NCBI GenBank assembly: GCA_016927655.1
Contig: JAFGMG010000008.1
Span: 5,929-69,928 of the forward strand
Origin: Candidatus Dojkabacteria bacterium
Lineage (GTDB): Bacteria; Patescibacteriota; Dojkabacteria; B142; JAFGMG01
DNA length: 64,000 nt
Reading direction: 5' to 3'
A model generated the notes under the pieces. It ran no database searches. It saw nothing but the letters and a program-made list of their open reading frames with translations, and was not told where the DNA came from. A program made the position numbers and the translations under genes. Within the stretch, counting starts at the first letter, position 1. Every line of letters begins with the position of its first letter. Shown piece by piece: positions 46,004 to 56,027 of the stretch.

Positions 46004-47456
46004 TTATTTTCCTGTAGCTGATTTCTATCATACACAGCAATATAGTTAAATAAATTATCAAAACAAGCCAACCAGTCAGACCGACAATTTTTACACTTGC
46101 GAACGGCAGTCCTCCGAAAAAATTAATCACTCTAATGATATAGTCCATTATCAAAATAAGCGGGAAAGCAGCAATTTTGGCCGTAGGGAGCGAAATCAGC
46201 GAAACTGTTACTACGATTGCAGAATAGAAGGTCAAAATTGTGACAACAGGCAAAACCAGCAAATTCACAAAAAGTGCCACAATTGAAAAAGTTTCAAAAT
46301 TAAGCATACTTACCGGAGTTGTCAACAAAATCGCTGATAATGTTGCGGGAAGCTCGCCAAGAAATTTTTTATATTTCTCGACCACCGAACTTCGTTCTAT
46401 ACTCTTTGAGAGGCCGACTATCCCAACTGTCGCAGCGAACGACAACTGGAAACTGACCGTGAAAACTGAAAGCGGATTCATAATTGACAGAACCAGAACG
46501 GCAATAGCCAAAAGAGAAAGAATTGAGGTCTTCCGCCCGATTGTTTTCGAAAAAAGTACAGTGTATCCCATAATTCCGGCACGCATCGCTGGGAGATTAT
46601 CAAACCCTACTAAAACTAAAAAGCAAAACAGTAGGAATGCTGTGAGCCATATCACATACTTACGGTGAATAACTCCAGCAAGCTTCAACAGCAACAAGAC
46701 TATCACCGAGACATTAAATCCCGAAACAGCGATGATATGAGTCGTCCCGGTATTCGAAAGATTCTTTGAAAAATCCTCAGGCATACTTGCTCTCTCGCCC
46801 CATACAAGTCCCGCAGCCAGCGATGCGTGCGGTTCCGGGAGAATTTTTCTGACACGCACACTCAAATCCTCCCGAAATAATGCAATTCTCTCAAAAAAGC
46901 TTTTTTTATGCCCCACCACCCAATACCCCTGCACCTTCACTTGGTAGAAAATCCCCTGAGTTTTCAGATACTCCTTGTAGTCAAAATCTTCCACCATCTC
47001 AGGCTCTTTCAGGAAAAATTCTCCCTCGATCACATCACCGTAATGAATCTTGGAAGTCTTTGGAAATGATGCAATCGCCAGCCCCTCAAAATTTTCTCCT
47101 TTTACCCGGCATTTTTTGTTGTAGCTGCCTTTCTCCGGCACCGAAACAACATGCATCTGCCCAACCGCGACCCCATAACTCTCTGCTACACGCTGCATTT
47201 TCGTTTCCCCGGCGAACGAATCAAACCGCCAAAAGCCAAGCAGGCTAAATGTCACCATTACAATTACCGGCAACAGCAGCCGTAGATTTCTTGCAGATAT
47301 CAATGCAAACCAGAGTAAATTGAACCCCAAAATGCCAATAACTATAGGGCCGACACCAAAGTAACCCAACACTATACCAAGCACAAATCCCAAACTCGCT
47401 TGCAAAAAAGGCAGATTTATCAGATAAATTGCGACAAAACCTAGCCGTTTTCGCAT
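45978..47456 (-). CDS. comEC: ComEC/Rec2 competence channel, membrane (Competence + DUF4131-like) portion
   Basis: Polytopic membrane protein directly downstream of comEA, with a soluble OB-like insert between TM blocks. Confidence 0.7.
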   Translation of the reverse strand: MRKRLGFVAIYLINLPFLQASLGFVLGIVLGYFGVGPIVIGILGFNLLWFALISARNLRLLLPVIVMVTFSLLGFWRFDSFAGETKMQRVAESYGVAVGQMHVVSVPEKGSYNKKCRVKGENFEGLAIASFPKTSKIHYGDVIEGEFFLKEPEMVEDFDYKEYLKTQGIFYQVKVQGYWVVGHKKSFFERIALFREDLSVRVRKILPEPHASLAAGLVWGERASMPEDFSKNLSNTGTTHIIAVSGFNVSVIVLLLLKLAGVIHRKYVIWLTAFLLFCFLVLVGFDNLPAMRAGIMGYTVLFSKTIGRKTSILSLLAIAVLVLSIMNPLSVFTVSFQLSFAATVGIVGLSKSIERSSVVEKYKKFLGELPATLSAILLTTPVSMLNFETFSIVALFVNLLVLPVVTILTFYSAIVVTVSLISLPTAKIAAFPLILIMDYIIRVINFFGGLPFASVKIVGLTGWLVLIIYLTILLCMIEISYRKINEKREIAN

Positions 47457-47459
47457 TTT

Positions 47460-48101
47460 CTAAATTGTAATTTCGTTTTTTATCTTCTCAAAAGTGCTCT
47501 CGCCGATACCACTCACATCCATTATTTCCTCAATCGCCCCAAACGGCCTTGCATCAATTATTTTCTGCGCCGTCGATGGCCCTATGCCTGATAACCCATC
47601 CAACTGCTCTAATGTTGCAGTATTGAGATTGACCAATCCCGTTTGAGATCCAGCAGCCGAAGTCCCTTCAGTATCCTGTCCTTCCTCGATCGATGGAATA
47701 TAGATTTTCTCTCTGTCCTCGACGAGTTTTGCCAGATTCATCTGCTTCTGGATATAGTACATATCAGCTTTTTCGGTGAATCCTCCTGCAAGCTCAATTA
47801 CCTCAAGCAGACTCACACCCTCATCTACTTCAATCACCCCAGGATTTGCAACCTGCCCCTCGATATCCACCACAAGTTTTTTCTCTTCTAACCCAGCTTG
47901 ATTTATCCCTTTTATCTGTTCAATTTCCTCCCCAGTCAACAATCTAATATCTTCTTCCCCTTTTTGATTTTTTTGAAAAAACAGCACCCCGCAAATCACC
48001 GCGCAAATGGATAAAATCAGGGCAATTGGAATTTTAAACCGTTCGAGCAGGTTTTGAATATCGATATTTTCCATGCAAAGGCTAGATAATAAACACCCCA
48101 A
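47460..48101 (-). CDS. comEA: competence protein ComEA (SLBB + tandem HhH DNA-binding)
   Basis: N-terminal TM, C-terminal LNTATLEQLDGLSGIGPSTAQKII...GIGESTFEKIK. Confidence 0.8.
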   Translation of the reverse strand: MGCLLSSLCMENIDIQNLLERFKIPIALILSICAVICGVLFFQKNQKGEEDIRLLTGEEIEQIKGINQAGLEEKKLVVDIEGQVANPGVIEVDEGVSLLEVIELAGGFTEKADMYYIQKQMNLAKLVEDREKIYIPSIEEGQDTEGTSAAGSQTGLVNLNTATLEQLDGLSGIGPSTAQKIIDARPFGAIEEIMDVSGIGESTFEKIKNEITI

Positions 48102-48181
48102 CTCTACCAGACAATCCTTGCCAGATTATGGAAAATTTATGAAAATTTGATGGAAATTAATTCAAAAAAAATATCCCTTTT

Positions 48182-49081
48182 TTATTTCCTGCCAGGCAAT
48201 CTCACCCAGTCCAGCTTCTTCAAATCCACGTTCACTATATTTGCTGCGAAGAAAATCATTATGCCCCCAGCTAGCTCGCTAATCGTTGGAGATTCATGCA
48301 AGAAAATATAATTGATAACAAGCGCAAACATAAGTTCAGTCGCCAAAATAATAGTCCCAACATTTACATCAAAGTGATTGAAACCGTATATGGTTAAATT
48401 ACCAATAAACACAAGGCATATCCCAAACAGGACAATTACTGCCACAGAACTCAGATGAAAATCTCCAATCATTTCCTGTCCGCTTAACACCCCAAGAAGA
48501 AGCATTAAAATCGCCCCAACAGAATACTGGAAGAATAAAAGTGACTGACGCTTTATATGTCCGAGTTTCTTTCTAAGACTATTCGATACAGCATCTGCTA
48601 TACCAGAAAACAGCCCGAATAATAGACCTATACTCAAACCGTTTATGTCGAAGGGATATACGAAAAACCCAAGACCGATGCATGCCATAATTATCCCAAT
48701 CCACTTCTGAAAATTTATTTTTTCCTTATAGAACATCGTACCTATTAACAATGCTGTAATAATGTCCCCGAAATATAATGCAAACAAGACATTTGAAGCT
48801 TTTTCTTCAACAACACCATAAGTCCAGAAAATAATTGAGAGTGGAAATGCGAACGCAAATATCATTAGTAAAAATCTATCCTTCTTTTTTACCTGCAGGG
48901 AAATTTTATTATATATGACCAACGCGACGACAACCAGAAACGCGACTAGCAATCTACCTCCAACTTGCGCGAATTCCCCGAACATTTTATCCAATTCACG
49001 CACAAAAACTCCAAAGAAAGAGAAAATGAAAGCAGCACACAACAAAGAAAGAAAACCTCGATATTCCTCTTTAATCTTCAT
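48182..49081 (-). CDS. EamA/DMT-superfamily transporter
   Basis: About 10 TM, duplicated 5-TM EamA layout. Confidence 0.65.
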   Translation of the reverse strand: MKIKEEYRGFLSLLCAAFIFSFFGVFVRELDKMFGEFAQVGGRLLVAFLVVVALVIYNKISLQVKKKDRFLLMIFAFAFPLSIIFWTYGVVEEKASNVLFALYFGDIITALLIGTMFYKEKINFQKWIGIIMACIGLGFFVYPFDINGLSIGLLFGLFSGIADAVSNSLRKKLGHIKRQSLLFFQYSVGAILMLLLGVLSGQEMIGDFHLSSVAVIVLFGICLVFIGNLTIYGFNHFDVNVGTIILATELMFALVINYIFLHESPTISELAGGIMIFFAANIVNVDLKKLDWVRLPGRK

Positions 49082-49108
49082 TTGCCAGTTTTAACAGAAA
49101 ATATTTAT

Positions 49109-49873
49109 TTACAAACTATAAATCTCCACCCTCTCTATATAATAATCTCCAATCGGCTTGGAGATGCTGTCATCTGCAGCATTTTCGATTTGCGCTGAAT
49201 TAATCGTCTCTACCACACTCTGCCCGCCCACGACTGTTGCAAAAACTGTATGCCTTCCCTGAAGAGGATCAAGCCTCGAATCAGTATTCGCTGCAGTTAC
49301 AATAAAGAACTGACTGCCATTGGTATCGGGGCCCGCATTAGCCATCGCAACAGCATATTTCTCAAGCCTTCTTGAAGTGACACTTATATCATTTGAATAG
49401 CCCGCACTCTGCAGATTCGCAATTTGCGTAGAATTAAGACTTAAAGAACTCCAATTAATTTCATCATCAAATGTGTACCCGGGCCCGCCAAGCCCGTCAT
49501 TGTCCGGGTCTCTATCAAGCGTCGTTCTGCTTCCCGATTGAATAAGAAAATCATTAACAACTCGGTGGAATTTCACACCGTCATAGTATCCAGCATTCGC
49601 TAAAAAGACAAAATTATTAACCGTTACAGGAGCATTCTGCTCGTAAAGATCCAATTCAATAAGGCCTTTGTTAGTATAAATCTTTGCCCTGTAGTCCTTG
49701 CCTGAAACAAGCTGCATTGCTGGAGCTTTGTCGTATTCATAAGCATTTGTTTCCTGATCGATTAGAAACCCAGCAAAAGGAAATTGATATCCTGCCACGA
49801 CAAAATAGCTCAAGATCATCAGAACAATGATACCAACCATATAAATCCAGAATTGATTTTCCTCCTTGAACAT
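49109..49873 (-). CDS. ppiB: cyclophilin-type peptidyl-prolyl cis-trans isomerase, membrane-anchored
   Basis: FHRVVNDFLIQSG...NGSQFFIV...HTVFATVVGG cyclophilin signature; N-terminal TM. Confidence 0.85.
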   Translation of the reverse strand: MFKEENQFWIYMVGIIVLMILSYFVVAGYQFPFAGFLIDQETNAYEYDKAPAMQLVSGKDYRAKIYTNKGLIELDLYEQNAPVTVNNFVFLANAGYYDGVKFHRVVNDFLIQSGSRTTLDRDPDNDGLGGPGYTFDDEINWSSLSLNSTQIANLQSAGYSNDISVTSRRLEKYAVAMANAGPDTNGSQFFIVTAANTDSRLDPLQGRHTVFATVVGGQSVVETINSAQIENAADDSISKPIGDYYIERVEIYSL

Positions 49874-49882
49874 AATTTAGTA

Positions 49883-52726
49883 TTACTCCCCGACAACATA
49901 ATTAATCAGACGGTCTTTGACATATATTACACGTATTATAGCCTTTCCAGCAAGATATTTCCCGATTTTTTCAGATTTTTTTGCTTCTATTTCAACCTCA
50001 GACTGCTCACTTTCTGCCGGCATTTCTAGATTATCTCGCAATTTCCCGTTAACTTGAACGGCAATAGTGACCATTTTGTCTTTTGCCATGTTTTCATCAT
50101 ATACAGGCCACTTTTCTAAATGAATCGAAGTTTCATTTCCAAGTTCTTGCCACAGTTCTTCAGTAATAAATGGTGCAAATGGCGCAAGAACTAAAAGGAA
50201 CTTTTCCCATACTTTTTGGTCCAGCTGTTCAACATTTTGCGCATAATTCACAAACTCCATCATCTTGGCGATCGCGGTATTAAATGAAAGCGTCTCAAGG
50301 TCTTGACCAACTTTCTTGATCAATTTATTGATTTCTACCTGTTGGGTAGTTTCAGGTTTTTCCTCCCCGACCTTATCCTTTAGACCCCAGACTTTGCCCA
50401 AAAACCTTTTAATTCCCAGAACTCCTTTCGTCGACCATGGCTTATCATCAGAAAGTGGCCCCATGAACATCTCGTACATCCTCAATGTGTCTGCACCGTG
50501 GCTCTCTACAACGTCAGTTGGATTGATGACATTACCCCATCTTTTACTCATTTTGCGGCCATCTTCACCAAGTATCAATCCCTGATGTCTATGAACTTTA
50601 AAAGGCTCATCGAAATCAATATATCCTGCGTCATACAACACTTTTGTGAAAAATCTGGAGTACAGCAAATGCCCGTTTACATGTTCCGGTCCGCCAAGGT
50701 AAAAATCAACCGGCATCCACTTTTTCAAAGCTTCTGGGGATGCGAATTGCTTGTCATTTTTCGGATCCAAATAGCGGTAGTAGTACCAGCTCGAGCACAT
50801 GAAAGTGTCCAGGGTATCGACTTCTCTTCTCCAGCCCTTTCCGTATTTTTCTTCGACCCCTTCTTGAAAAGATTTGGAATATGTCAAAGGTGATTGTCCG
50901 GTAGGTTTGAAATCTACGTCATCAGGCAATACAACAGGGAGATCTTTTTCGTCCACAGGATGTAAATTCCCTTCTGGGTCATAAACCATCGGAATCGGCG
51001 CACCCCAGAATCTCTGCCTGCTCACTGACCAGTCGCGTAGCTTATAGGTCACTTTTGCCTCTCCAATACCTTTCTCCTCCAGCCATTTCACGACTGCCTC
51101 TTTTGCCTCTTCCGATTTCAATCCATCAAACTGGCCCGAATTGACGACTCTTCCATATCCTGAAAAAGTTTCCGCTCCATACAGATATCTCCTAAGACCA
51201 ATAATATTTTCTTCATGTGAGCATTTTTTCAAAAATTCTTCCGGACTCATCCAAACAGCATCCTGAATATCTTTTTCATCCTCATTTACATCAATAGGCT
51301 CATCTTCCAATAATTCCAATAGAACCGGCTGATTCAACCTATGCCTATATACGTTTTTATGATCTGCAAAAAAGTGCGATTCTATTTCACCTCCAAGAGT
51401 TTTGACTGCTTTGCATTTATATCCAGTTTCTTCCAAGACTTCTCTTTCAGCAGCGGCAAGTAAATCCTCCTCATCATCAATTCCACCTATAACTGGTGAA
51501 ACCCAGTTATTCTTCTTCCAATTGACGGCCAATACCTTCCCGTCCGATTCCCTTTGCACGACAGCAGATATTGTTTTTCGGAATTCTTCATCTTTCCTTT
51601 CTTTTCCGAATATTGGTATTACAACTTCTTTGATTTCCAGCTTGTATTTTTTTGCAAAATCCATATCTCTCTGGTCATGGGCGGGAACTGCCATTATTGC
51701 CCCAGTACCATAATCAGTCAGGACATAATCGGCAATCCAAATTGGAATATTTTTCTCTGTGGCTGGGTTGATTGCATATGCTCCGGTAAATACCCCTGAC
51801 TTACTTTTTGTCATATCAGTTCTCTCAATTTCTGTCTTTTTCTTCGCATCCTCGACATATTTTTCGACTTCTCCCTTTTGCTCTTCAGTTGTAATTTGCT
51901 TTACCAATTCATGTTCCGGCGCAAGGACCATATATGTAGCTCCAAAAATAGTATCAGGTCTGGTCGTAAACACCTTTAAGGTCTTATCTGAATCAACGAT
52001 TTCGAACCTTATCTGTGCCCCTTCACTTCTCCCAATCCAATCCCTCTGCCTTTTAACTGTCTCTTTTGGCCAGTCGACCTTGTCCAGATCTTTTGCCAAT
52101 CGATCTGCGTATTCTGTGATTTTCAAATACCACTGCTCCATCATTTTATGTTCAACTGGAGTATCGCACCTCTCGCACACCTCCTGCCCATCTTTGTCTA
52201 CCACCTGCTCGTTTGCAAGAACTGTCTTGCAGCTTGGACACCAGTTTACTTTCTGATTTTTTCTATATGCCAAGCCTTGATTGTACATAAGCAGGAAGAA
52301 CCACTGCGTCCATTTGTAGTAGTCGGGATTGTGGGATCCAACTTCACGGTCCCAATCATATGAAGCTCCAATCTTAACTAGTTGACTTTTGTAATTTTCA
52401 ATAGCCTTATCAGTATTTATCCTTGGGTGAATATTTGTCTTTACTGCATAGTTTTCTGCCGGTAAACCAAAGGCATCCCATCCCATAACCTGGAGAACTT
52501 TCTCACCTTTCATTCTTTTAAATCTTGCCAAGATATCACACCCAACATATATTTCCGTATGCCCAACGTGCAGACCAGATCCCGATGGATAAGGAAGCTG
52601 CGGCAGGATGTAATATTTGTTTTCATGCGTGGCATCTTCAGGAGTTTTGTAAATTCCTGTCTCTGCCCATTTTTTGATCCATTTTGGCTCGATTGCCTTT
52701 GGATCGTATTGTGCTTTGCTGTCCAT
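49883..52726 (-). CDS. leuS: leucyl-tRNA synthetase carrying an inserted Nudix-hydrolase-like domain
   Basis: HIGH motif (HVGH), editing-domain TTRPDT, AHDQRD, KMSKR. The insertion between AHDQRD...KYKLEIK and SGQFDGL carries the perfect Nudix box G x5 E x7 REVLEETGY. Confidence 0.9.
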   Translation of the reverse strand: MDSKAQYDPKAIEPKWIKKWAETGIYKTPEDATHENKYYILPQLPYPSGSGLHVGHTEIYVGCDILARFKRMKGEKVLQVMGWDAFGLPAENYAVKTNIHPRINTDKAIENYKSQLVKIGASYDWDREVGSHNPDYYKWTQWFFLLMYNQGLAYRKNQKVNWCPSCKTVLANEQVVDKDGQEVCERCDTPVEHKMMEQWYLKITEYADRLAKDLDKVDWPKETVKRQRDWIGRSEGAQIRFEIVDSDKTLKVFTTRPDTIFGATYMVLAPEHELVKQITTEEQKGEVEKYVEDAKKKTEIERTDMTKSKSGVFTGAYAINPATEKNIPIWIADYVLTDYGTGAIMAVPAHDQRDMDFAKKYKLEIKEVVIPIFGKERKDEEFRKTISAVVQRESDGKVLAVNWKKNNWVSPVIGGIDDEEDLLAAAEREVLEETGYKCKAVKTLGGEIESHFFADHKNVYRHRLNQPVLLELLEDEPIDVNEDEKDIQDAVWMSPEEFLKKCSHEENIIGLRRYLYGAETFSGYGRVVNSGQFDGLKSEEAKEAVVKWLEEKGIGEAKVTYKLRDWSVSRQRFWGAPIPMVYDPEGNLHPVDEKDLPVVLPDDVDFKPTGQSPLTYSKSFQEGVEEKYGKGWRREVDTLDTFMCSSWYYYRYLDPKNDKQFASPEALKKWMPVDFYLGGPEHVNGHLLYSRFFTKVLYDAGYIDFDEPFKVHRHQGLILGEDGRKMSKRWGNVINPTDVVESHGADTLRMYEMFMGPLSDDKPWSTKGVLGIKRFLGKVWGLKDKVGEEKPETTQQVEINKLIKKVGQDLETLSFNTAIAKMMEFVNYAQNVEQLDQKVWEKFLLVLAPFAPFITEELWQELGNETSIHLEKWPVYDENMAKDKMVTIAVQVNGKLRDNLEMPAESEQSEVEIEAKKSEKIGKYLAGKAIIRVIYVKDRLINYVVGE

Positions 52727-52739
52727 AGATTTGTACTAA

Positions 52740-53035
52740 TAAACAAAAAAAGTCCCTGCCAAACTACATCATTACGAAATATAGTTTAACAGGGACCTTC
52801 AATTAACTAAAGGTGGTACCACCCATTTTCCTGTAAATGTCTTTCAATTCCTCATTCACAGCTCATTTTAAGCATTTTAACGGTTGCAACTCGGATGGTT
52901 CTAATCGTGCGATTCAGAAGACAATCTCACTAATCGCACTTTCTTCCATCATTTCGCCTATTTACTAGGCACAAAGGAGTGAGTATAAGCTGTTATCGTC
53001 ATCAAAAAAGACTCAAGCCGCCCCTTTGATTAGTT
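52740..53035 (-). promoter_or_regulatory. T-box riboswitch leader of leuS
   Basis: On the minus strand, an extended -10 (TGATATAAT), then a stem-I-like hairpin (GTGCGATT...AATCGCAC) with a K-turn-like GATGG/CCATC base, an AGAAAG-type internal loop and an AGUGAGA distal loop. T-box sequence AAUGGGUGGUACCACC gives antiterminator GGG[UGGUACC]ACC...GGUCCC. Terminator GGUCCCUG...CAGGGAC-U7 sits 17 nt before the leuS ATG. Confidence 0.6.
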
Positions 53036-53092
53036 AGGATAATTATATCAGATAGCCAAATGATACTAAACAAAATATGTCAACTAATTAAA

Positions 53093-53638
53093 TTATTTGA
53101 CATCTTCAGGTCTGCGCCAAATATATGGCCAGCGATCATAGACCATCTTAAATCCAGCAGCTTCCATCATCTTTCTATCCAAACTTACCTCCCAAGCTTC
53201 TGCAACACAACCTCCAGGTCTTACAGAATTATATAAATCATGGTACTCATCGAGCTCCTTGAGCCCAGCATTCGTTACACCAATCAACGAGACCAAATCT
53301 GCAAGTAAGGAATTTTCAGCAAGAAATTCTGTGATTTCCTCCTTGTGATGGGTATGATTGATCCCATCTGGAAGTTCACCGCCTTCATCAACCAGTGTTG
53401 TATCAAATTTGGCATCTACAGTGACAATCTTTTTTAGGTTTGGAAATACTTCTTCTCTTATCGCATTCCTTAAGGTAGAATCTGTCCTTCCAGAGCCTAA
53501 ATCAATCAATGTCCCGACACTCTCTGCAAAATCAGGGGACACCTCTTTCTCTAACACAGCAGCAATGATATCAAAGAAGAAAGAACCACTGTCCTCCGAA
53601 ACACGAAGATTGGCTGCTTCTTCTGGTGTAAGAGTCAT
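53093..53638 (-). CDS. class I SAM-dependent methyltransferase
   Basis: Motif I LIDLGSGRT and VRPGGCV. Start set at the ATG at 53638; the track ORF extends 10 codons further. Confidence 0.55.
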   Translation of the reverse strand: MTLTPEEAANLRVSEDSGSFFFDIIAAVLEKEVSPDFAESVGTLIDLGSGRTDSTLRNAIREEVFPNLKKIVTVDAKFDTTLVDEGGELPDGINHTHHKEEITEFLAENSLLADLVSLIGVTNAGLKELDEYHDLYNSVRPGGCVAEAWEVSLDRKMMEAAGFKMVYDRWPYIWRRPEDVK

Positions 53639-53709
53639 ATTAGGGTTTAAAAAAATAAAAAAATTCAAGCTAAAAATCCAGGATAATTATACAGATAAAT
53701 CAGAAGAAG

Positions 53710-54120
53710 ATGTATTTTCCTAGAAAAACACCTGTAGATTTTCGGCAAACAGAGCCTCCATCGGTTCTACTTGCTCAAAATTTCGGCTATAATACTTTCA
53801 TGGAAAACGTATTTCGCAGAACCGTTATCATTTCCCTTATAGCTGGAGCTTTTTCAACTGTATTTCTAATGCTTACCCCGCTTGAGATAATCCCATGCAA
53901 AACCAGACAGATTTACCCAGGTGCGGTCTATGAAAACAGCCAATGCTCAGGTTATCTGGCAAATAAAATAAACTTTTCCAAAGTCCCCGGCACACCAGCG
54001 ATTGACTACAACCTGCTCCTGCTCTATTCCATTTTGATCATTGGAGGGATAATACTTTCCACATTTTTCGTGAGCTTGATAACTCTCTACATGAAAGCTG
54101 GAAGAGAGCCAAAATTATAA
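53710..54120 (+). CDS. hypothetical small membrane protein
   Basis: ORF with two predicted TM helices; no homology recognised. Confidence 0.25.
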   Translation: MYFPRKTPVDFRQTEPPSVLLAQNFGYNTFMENVFRRTVIISLIAGAFSTVFLMLTPLEIIPCKTRQIYPGAVYENSQCSGYLANKINFSKVPGTPAIDYNLLLLYSILIIGGIILSTFFVSLITLYMKAGREPKL

Positions 54121-54993
54121 AAAGACGGGAAAAAGTAATCCGATTATAACAGCTCCAATCCCGATATACTGCAGTCTTGTCATTCTCTCTTTTAGAAAAA
54201 TATATGCAAAAATCACTGCAACTGCGGAAGTCGAAGAGGTAGCGGCAATCGTTACCGTAGTATGTTTCGAGAATTCAAAACCAAGTGCTAATGCAATATT
54301 CCCTATTCCATTCAATATTCCTGCAAAAAAAGCAATCCAGAATAATTTCTTTGAAGTTTTTACGATTTCTTTCCTCTTTTTTATAACTAGCGGCACAAGC
54401 AATACAGTCACTAGCAGACTTTCAAGCACAATCAATACCCCCCAGCCATCACGGTCGATAAACCAATCAAAAGCAGGGAAATACAAAGCATAGGCAAGCA
54501 TCACCGCGAAAGCAAAAGCAAAGCTATACAGGCTGTTTTTCTTGGCCGGACTAGGATTTTTCTTTTTGCTTTCTTTCGCTATACCAACACCAGTAAGGAT
54601 AATTCCAAAATACACCAGACCCGCAAATAGCATTTTCCCTACATCGAAGTCCTCACCAAAAAAAGTAAAAGAGACAACTGCCGAGATAAGTGTATAGGTG
54701 GAAACAATCGGAGTTACAAAGCTGACTTTTCCGTACTTGAAAGCAGTAAAAAGCAGAAACATGATAACTATCTGCGTAAATGCAAAACCAAAGATAATCA
54801 AGTAAATCTTAAAATCTAGATCCGGCATTGTTGAATCGGCAAACAGCAGCGGAAGCGCACAAATCAGGGTTCCAAGCCGGAAAAGAAACAAGCTCAAAAT
54901 TGAACTAATTTTATCAACAGATCTTTTGATATAAATATCAGCAGCTGCCCAGCCCAGTGACGCACCAAGCCCGCCGAGAATCGCAATTAACAT
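54115..54993 (-). CDS. EamA/DMT-superfamily transporter (second copy)
   Basis: 10-TM duplicated EamA topology. Confidence 0.6.
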   Translation of the reverse strand: MLIAILGGLGASLGWAAADIYIKRSVDKISSILSLFLFRLGTLICALPLLFADSTMPDLDFKIYLIIFGFAFTQIVIMFLLFTAFKYGKVSFVTPIVSTYTLISAVVSFTFFGEDFDVGKMLFAGLVYFGIILTGVGIAKESKKKNPSPAKKNSLYSFAFAFAVMLAYALYFPAFDWFIDRDGWGVLIVLESLLVTVLLVPLVIKKRKEIVKTSKKLFWIAFFAGILNGIGNIALALGFEFSKHTTVTIAATSSTSAVAVIFAYIFLKERMTRLQYIGIGAVIIGLLFPVFL

Positions 54994-55033
54994 TCTTTTT
55001 CAAAAATAATGTCCGGCTTATAAGTAAAAGACC

Positions 55034-55903
55034 TCATTGCAAAATACCAACCACTTCATCCATTTCTACTTGATCTGGGAATTCTTCAGTTAATTTTTCT
55101 AAATCTTCTTTCTCCATCTTCCAAGTCAACGCCTCAAGATTATCCTTCAGATGCTCAGCCGAGTGTGTAGTTGCAACCATTGCTACGCCTTGAGAATAAA
55201 TCCAATTAAGCGCTATCTGAGCAGAAGTCCTGTCATATTTTTCCGCAATTTCATCCAGAATCTTATATTTACCGACCTCCACTAGACCACCCAACATAAG
55301 AGGCCTGTAAGCTTGCAAAATCACGTCATTTTCCCTGCAAAAATTTCTCAGGCCAGTAATTTCCGGTCCACGTACTCGCAGATTGTAATGCACCTGATTG
55401 ATGACAATTGGATATTTACTGTGTTCCATCATTTCCTCGAGAGACTCTTTACTGTAATTGCTCACTGCAATATTTTTCGCCTTTCCCTCCTCCACCATCG
55501 TGTTCAAAGCCCTAGCCGTCTCTTTGATTGGTGTTTCAAGATCACGCGCATGATGAAATAAAACATCGACATAATCCAAACCCAAACGATCCAGACATTC
55601 GTTGGCAGATTTAACAAATTTATCATAGCCCCCATTCAAGCGTTTGACCGCAGTTGCGATCATCAGGCTCTCACGTTCATAGTCTTTGATTGCCCTTCCG
55701 ACTATTTCTTCAGTATGCCCTTCCGCATAATTCTCAGCCGTAAAAATAAATCTTACGCCACTGTCTATATGCATCTTTATCGCCCCTATGTCTCGCTCAT
55801 CATCATTGTCAGGATTCCTCATTTTGTCACCGCCCATCAGCCAGGTTCCGAGTCCATAAACAGGGATAGAAAAGTTGTTTTTTGAATTTGTTATAAACCG
55901 CAT
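55034..55903 (-). CDS. aldo/keto reductase
   Basis: AKR motifs (GLGTW, DTAENY-like ENYAEGHTEE, IGVSNY-like IAVSNYS). Start at the ATG at 55903. Confidence 0.8.
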   Translation of the reverse strand: MRFITNSKNNFSIPVYGLGTWLMGGDKMRNPDNDDERDIGAIKMHIDSGVRFIFTAENYAEGHTEEIVGRAIKDYERESLMIATAVKRLNGGYDKFVKSANECLDRLGLDYVDVLFHHARDLETPIKETARALNTMVEEGKAKNIAVSNYSKESLEEMMEHSKYPIVINQVHYNLRVRGPEITGLRNFCRENDVILQAYRPLMLGGLVEVGKYKILDEIAEKYDRTSAQIALNWIYSQGVAMVATTHSAEHLKDNLEALTWKMEKEDLEKLTEEFPDQVEMDEVVGILQ

Positions 55904-56027
55904 GCTTAGATTATAGCTTTTCAAGGATTTATTGACAAAAAATCGAGAATTTAGCAAATAAACTGTGATAAATCCACACTTCAACGTTCTTGAAAACCAA
56001 TACCATAAGAAAGGAGGTGAAAATGCA

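Noticed and set aside
52812-52823. Perfect 12-bp palindrome GGTGGTACCACC (KpnI-like site), considered as an operator or restriction-modification target
   Set aside because: It is fully explained as the T-box core (GGUGGUACC) of the leuS leader.
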